From positions 1 to 24,491 of the IMG/VR virus record IMGVR_UViG_3300038393_002693: a stretch of DNA of 24,491 nt. One strand, given 5' to 3'. Shown one piece after another: positions 23,437 to 24,491 of the stretch (the stretch's first letter is position 1; each line of letters begins with the position of its first letter). The translations under genes were made by a program, and so were the position numbers. Below the pieces are notes generated by a model that was given only the letters and a program-made list of their open reading frames with translations, had not been told where the DNA came from and did no database searches. Source of the stretch: a virus. Lineage: Duplodnaviria > Caudoviricetes.

Positions 23437-24491
23437 ATGGGCGCAAATCGCATCATTGATCAGATGAGCCAGTTGGCGGATGTAAACATTAATAATCCGC
23501 AAGCCGGTCAAGTTCTGATCTTCGACAACCAGGGCAAGGTCATCAATCAGTCCCTTGAGCTGATGGCTGGATATTCTGGTTATTCTGGCCAAAGCGGATA
23601 CTCGGGCTACTCTGGCTTGGGAGTCTCGGGGTACAGTGGCTACAGCGGCTTGGGCTCTTCAGGGTATAGTGGTTACTCGGGAGATTCCGGGCGTAGCGGA
23701 TATTCTGGCTATAGCGGCTCGGGTGTCTCCGGGTACTCTGGGTACAGCGGCTCTGGAGTTTCCGGTTATAGCGGTCAGTCTGGGTACAGTGGCTCTGGGG
23801 TCTCCGGGTATAGCGGCTATTCGGGGAATTCCGGGTATAGTGGTTATTCTGGTTCAGGTGTCTCTGGCTATTCTGGCTACAGCGGTTCGGGGGTCTCAGG
23901 GTATAGCGGCTATTCCGGCTCAGGTGTTTCCGGATATAGCGGATATTCTGGCTCTGGTCTTTCGGGGTATAGTGGTTACTCGGGGTCAGGGATTTCGGGG
24001 TATTCAGGTTATTCCGGGTCGGGGGTCTCCGGTTACTCCGGGTATTCCGGCTCGGGTGTGTCCGGGTACAGTGGCTACAGCGGTTCAGGAGTTTCCGGGT
24101 ATAGTGGTTATTCTGGGTCAGGGATTTCGGGGTACTCTGGTTATTCGGGGTCGGGGGTCTCCGGATATAGCGGCTATTCCGGCTCGGGGGTTTCCGGGTA
24201 CAGTGGTTACTCTGGCTCTGGGATCTCCGGCTACTCTGGTTACTCGGGGAAGAGTGGGTATAGTGGCTATTCCGGTCAGAGTGGCTATTCCGGGTACTCT
24301 GGCTCCGGTGTCTCAGGTTACAGCGGCTATTCTGGCTTAGGTCTTTCTGGCTATAGTGGATACTCTGGTCAGAGCGGATACAGTGGGTATTCCGGCCTGC
24401 CTGGCGACAAGTACGCCACTTCTTCTACTACGAGCAATACTAATAGTTTAGGGGCTCACACCTTCACGGTTGCTGCGGGCCTGGCCTATAC
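23437..24491 (+). CDS. Ser/Gly/Tyr collagen-like fibre protein; runs off the right edge
   Basis: Not in the ORF track. Hand translation: MGANRIIDQMSQLADVNINNPQAGQVLIFDNQGKVINQSLELMA-(GYS...)-LPGDKYATSSTTSNTNSLGAHTFTVAAGLAY. The L.DV...P..GQVL motif is typical of phage fibre proteins. Confidence 0.88.
   Translation, partial: MGANRIIDQMSQLADVNINNPQAGQVLIFDNQGKVINQSLELMAGYSGYSGQSGYSGYSGLGVSGYSGYSGLGSSGYSGYSGDSGRSGYSGYSGSGVSGYSGYSGSGVSGYSGQSGYSGSGVSGYSGYSGNSGYSGYSGSGVSGYSGYSGSGVSGYSGYSGSGVSGYSGYSGSGLSGYSGYSGSGISGYSGYSGSGVSGYSGYSGSGVSGYSGYSGSGVSGYSGYSGSGISGYSGYSGSGVSGYSGYSGSGVSGYSGYSGSGISGYSGYSGKSGYSGYSGQSGYSGYSGSGVSGYSGYSGLGLSGYSGYSGQSGYSGYSGLPGDKYATSSTTSNTNSLGAHTFTVAAGLAY
23569..24396 (+). repeat. 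Coding tandem repeat, about 276 codons, dominant unit SGYSGYSGSGV (33 nt)
   Basis: Protein-level repeat with heavy synonymous variation; variants include SGQ, SGN, SGD, SGR, SGK, LGV, SGI. Confidence 0.95.

Noticed and set aside
23636-24340. 234-aa hydrophobic ORF from the track
   Set aside because: Off-frame product of the SGY repeat; variation is synonymous only in the frame starting at 23437.
23569-24396. CRISPR array or DGR template (33-nt periodicity)
   Set aside because: No constant repeat with unique spacers; differences are at synonymous positions, not adenine-specific; no cas or RT gene in the window.
1-24491. Stop-codon reassignment, as in some large phages
   Set aside because: Conserved proteins are intact in code 11; TAG ends the Qng1 homolog at its family C-terminus and TGA stops form ATGA/GTGA couplings.

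Overview
This window looks like part of a large dsDNA bacteriophage genome (roughly 55-60% GC by eye, standard genetic code, almost no intergenic space). The left two-thirds is a T4-style replication/recombination block: bacterial-type RecA, gp41/DnaB-like helicase, dCMP deaminase-like protein, GroES-like co-chaperonin, a short PolA-family protein that appears to lack its thumb, UvsY-like mediator, gp32-like SSB, FEN/RNase H-like 5'-3' exonuclease and a PD-(D/E)xK resolvase, with many small zinc-binding and hypothetical genes between them. A translationally coupled run then ends in a degenerate ligase-like protein, a GT-A glycosyltransferase and a Qng1/DUF2419 queuosine-salvage homolog. The right end holds a glycan-building cluster (GT2-MTase-MTase-GT17 fusion, GT2 fused to half a GT9, and the other GT9 half) next to a Ser/Gly/Tyr collagen-like fibre gene that is absent from the ORF track. 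This is a candidate virion-fibre glycosylation system. Non-coding signals include two recurring promoter-like motifs (RTAAATA and CAAA-NN-TA), an RBS-sequestering hairpin, a 25-bp direct repeat flanking one gene and AGAAAGCA arrays. All family calls are from motif recognition by eye; no searches were run.
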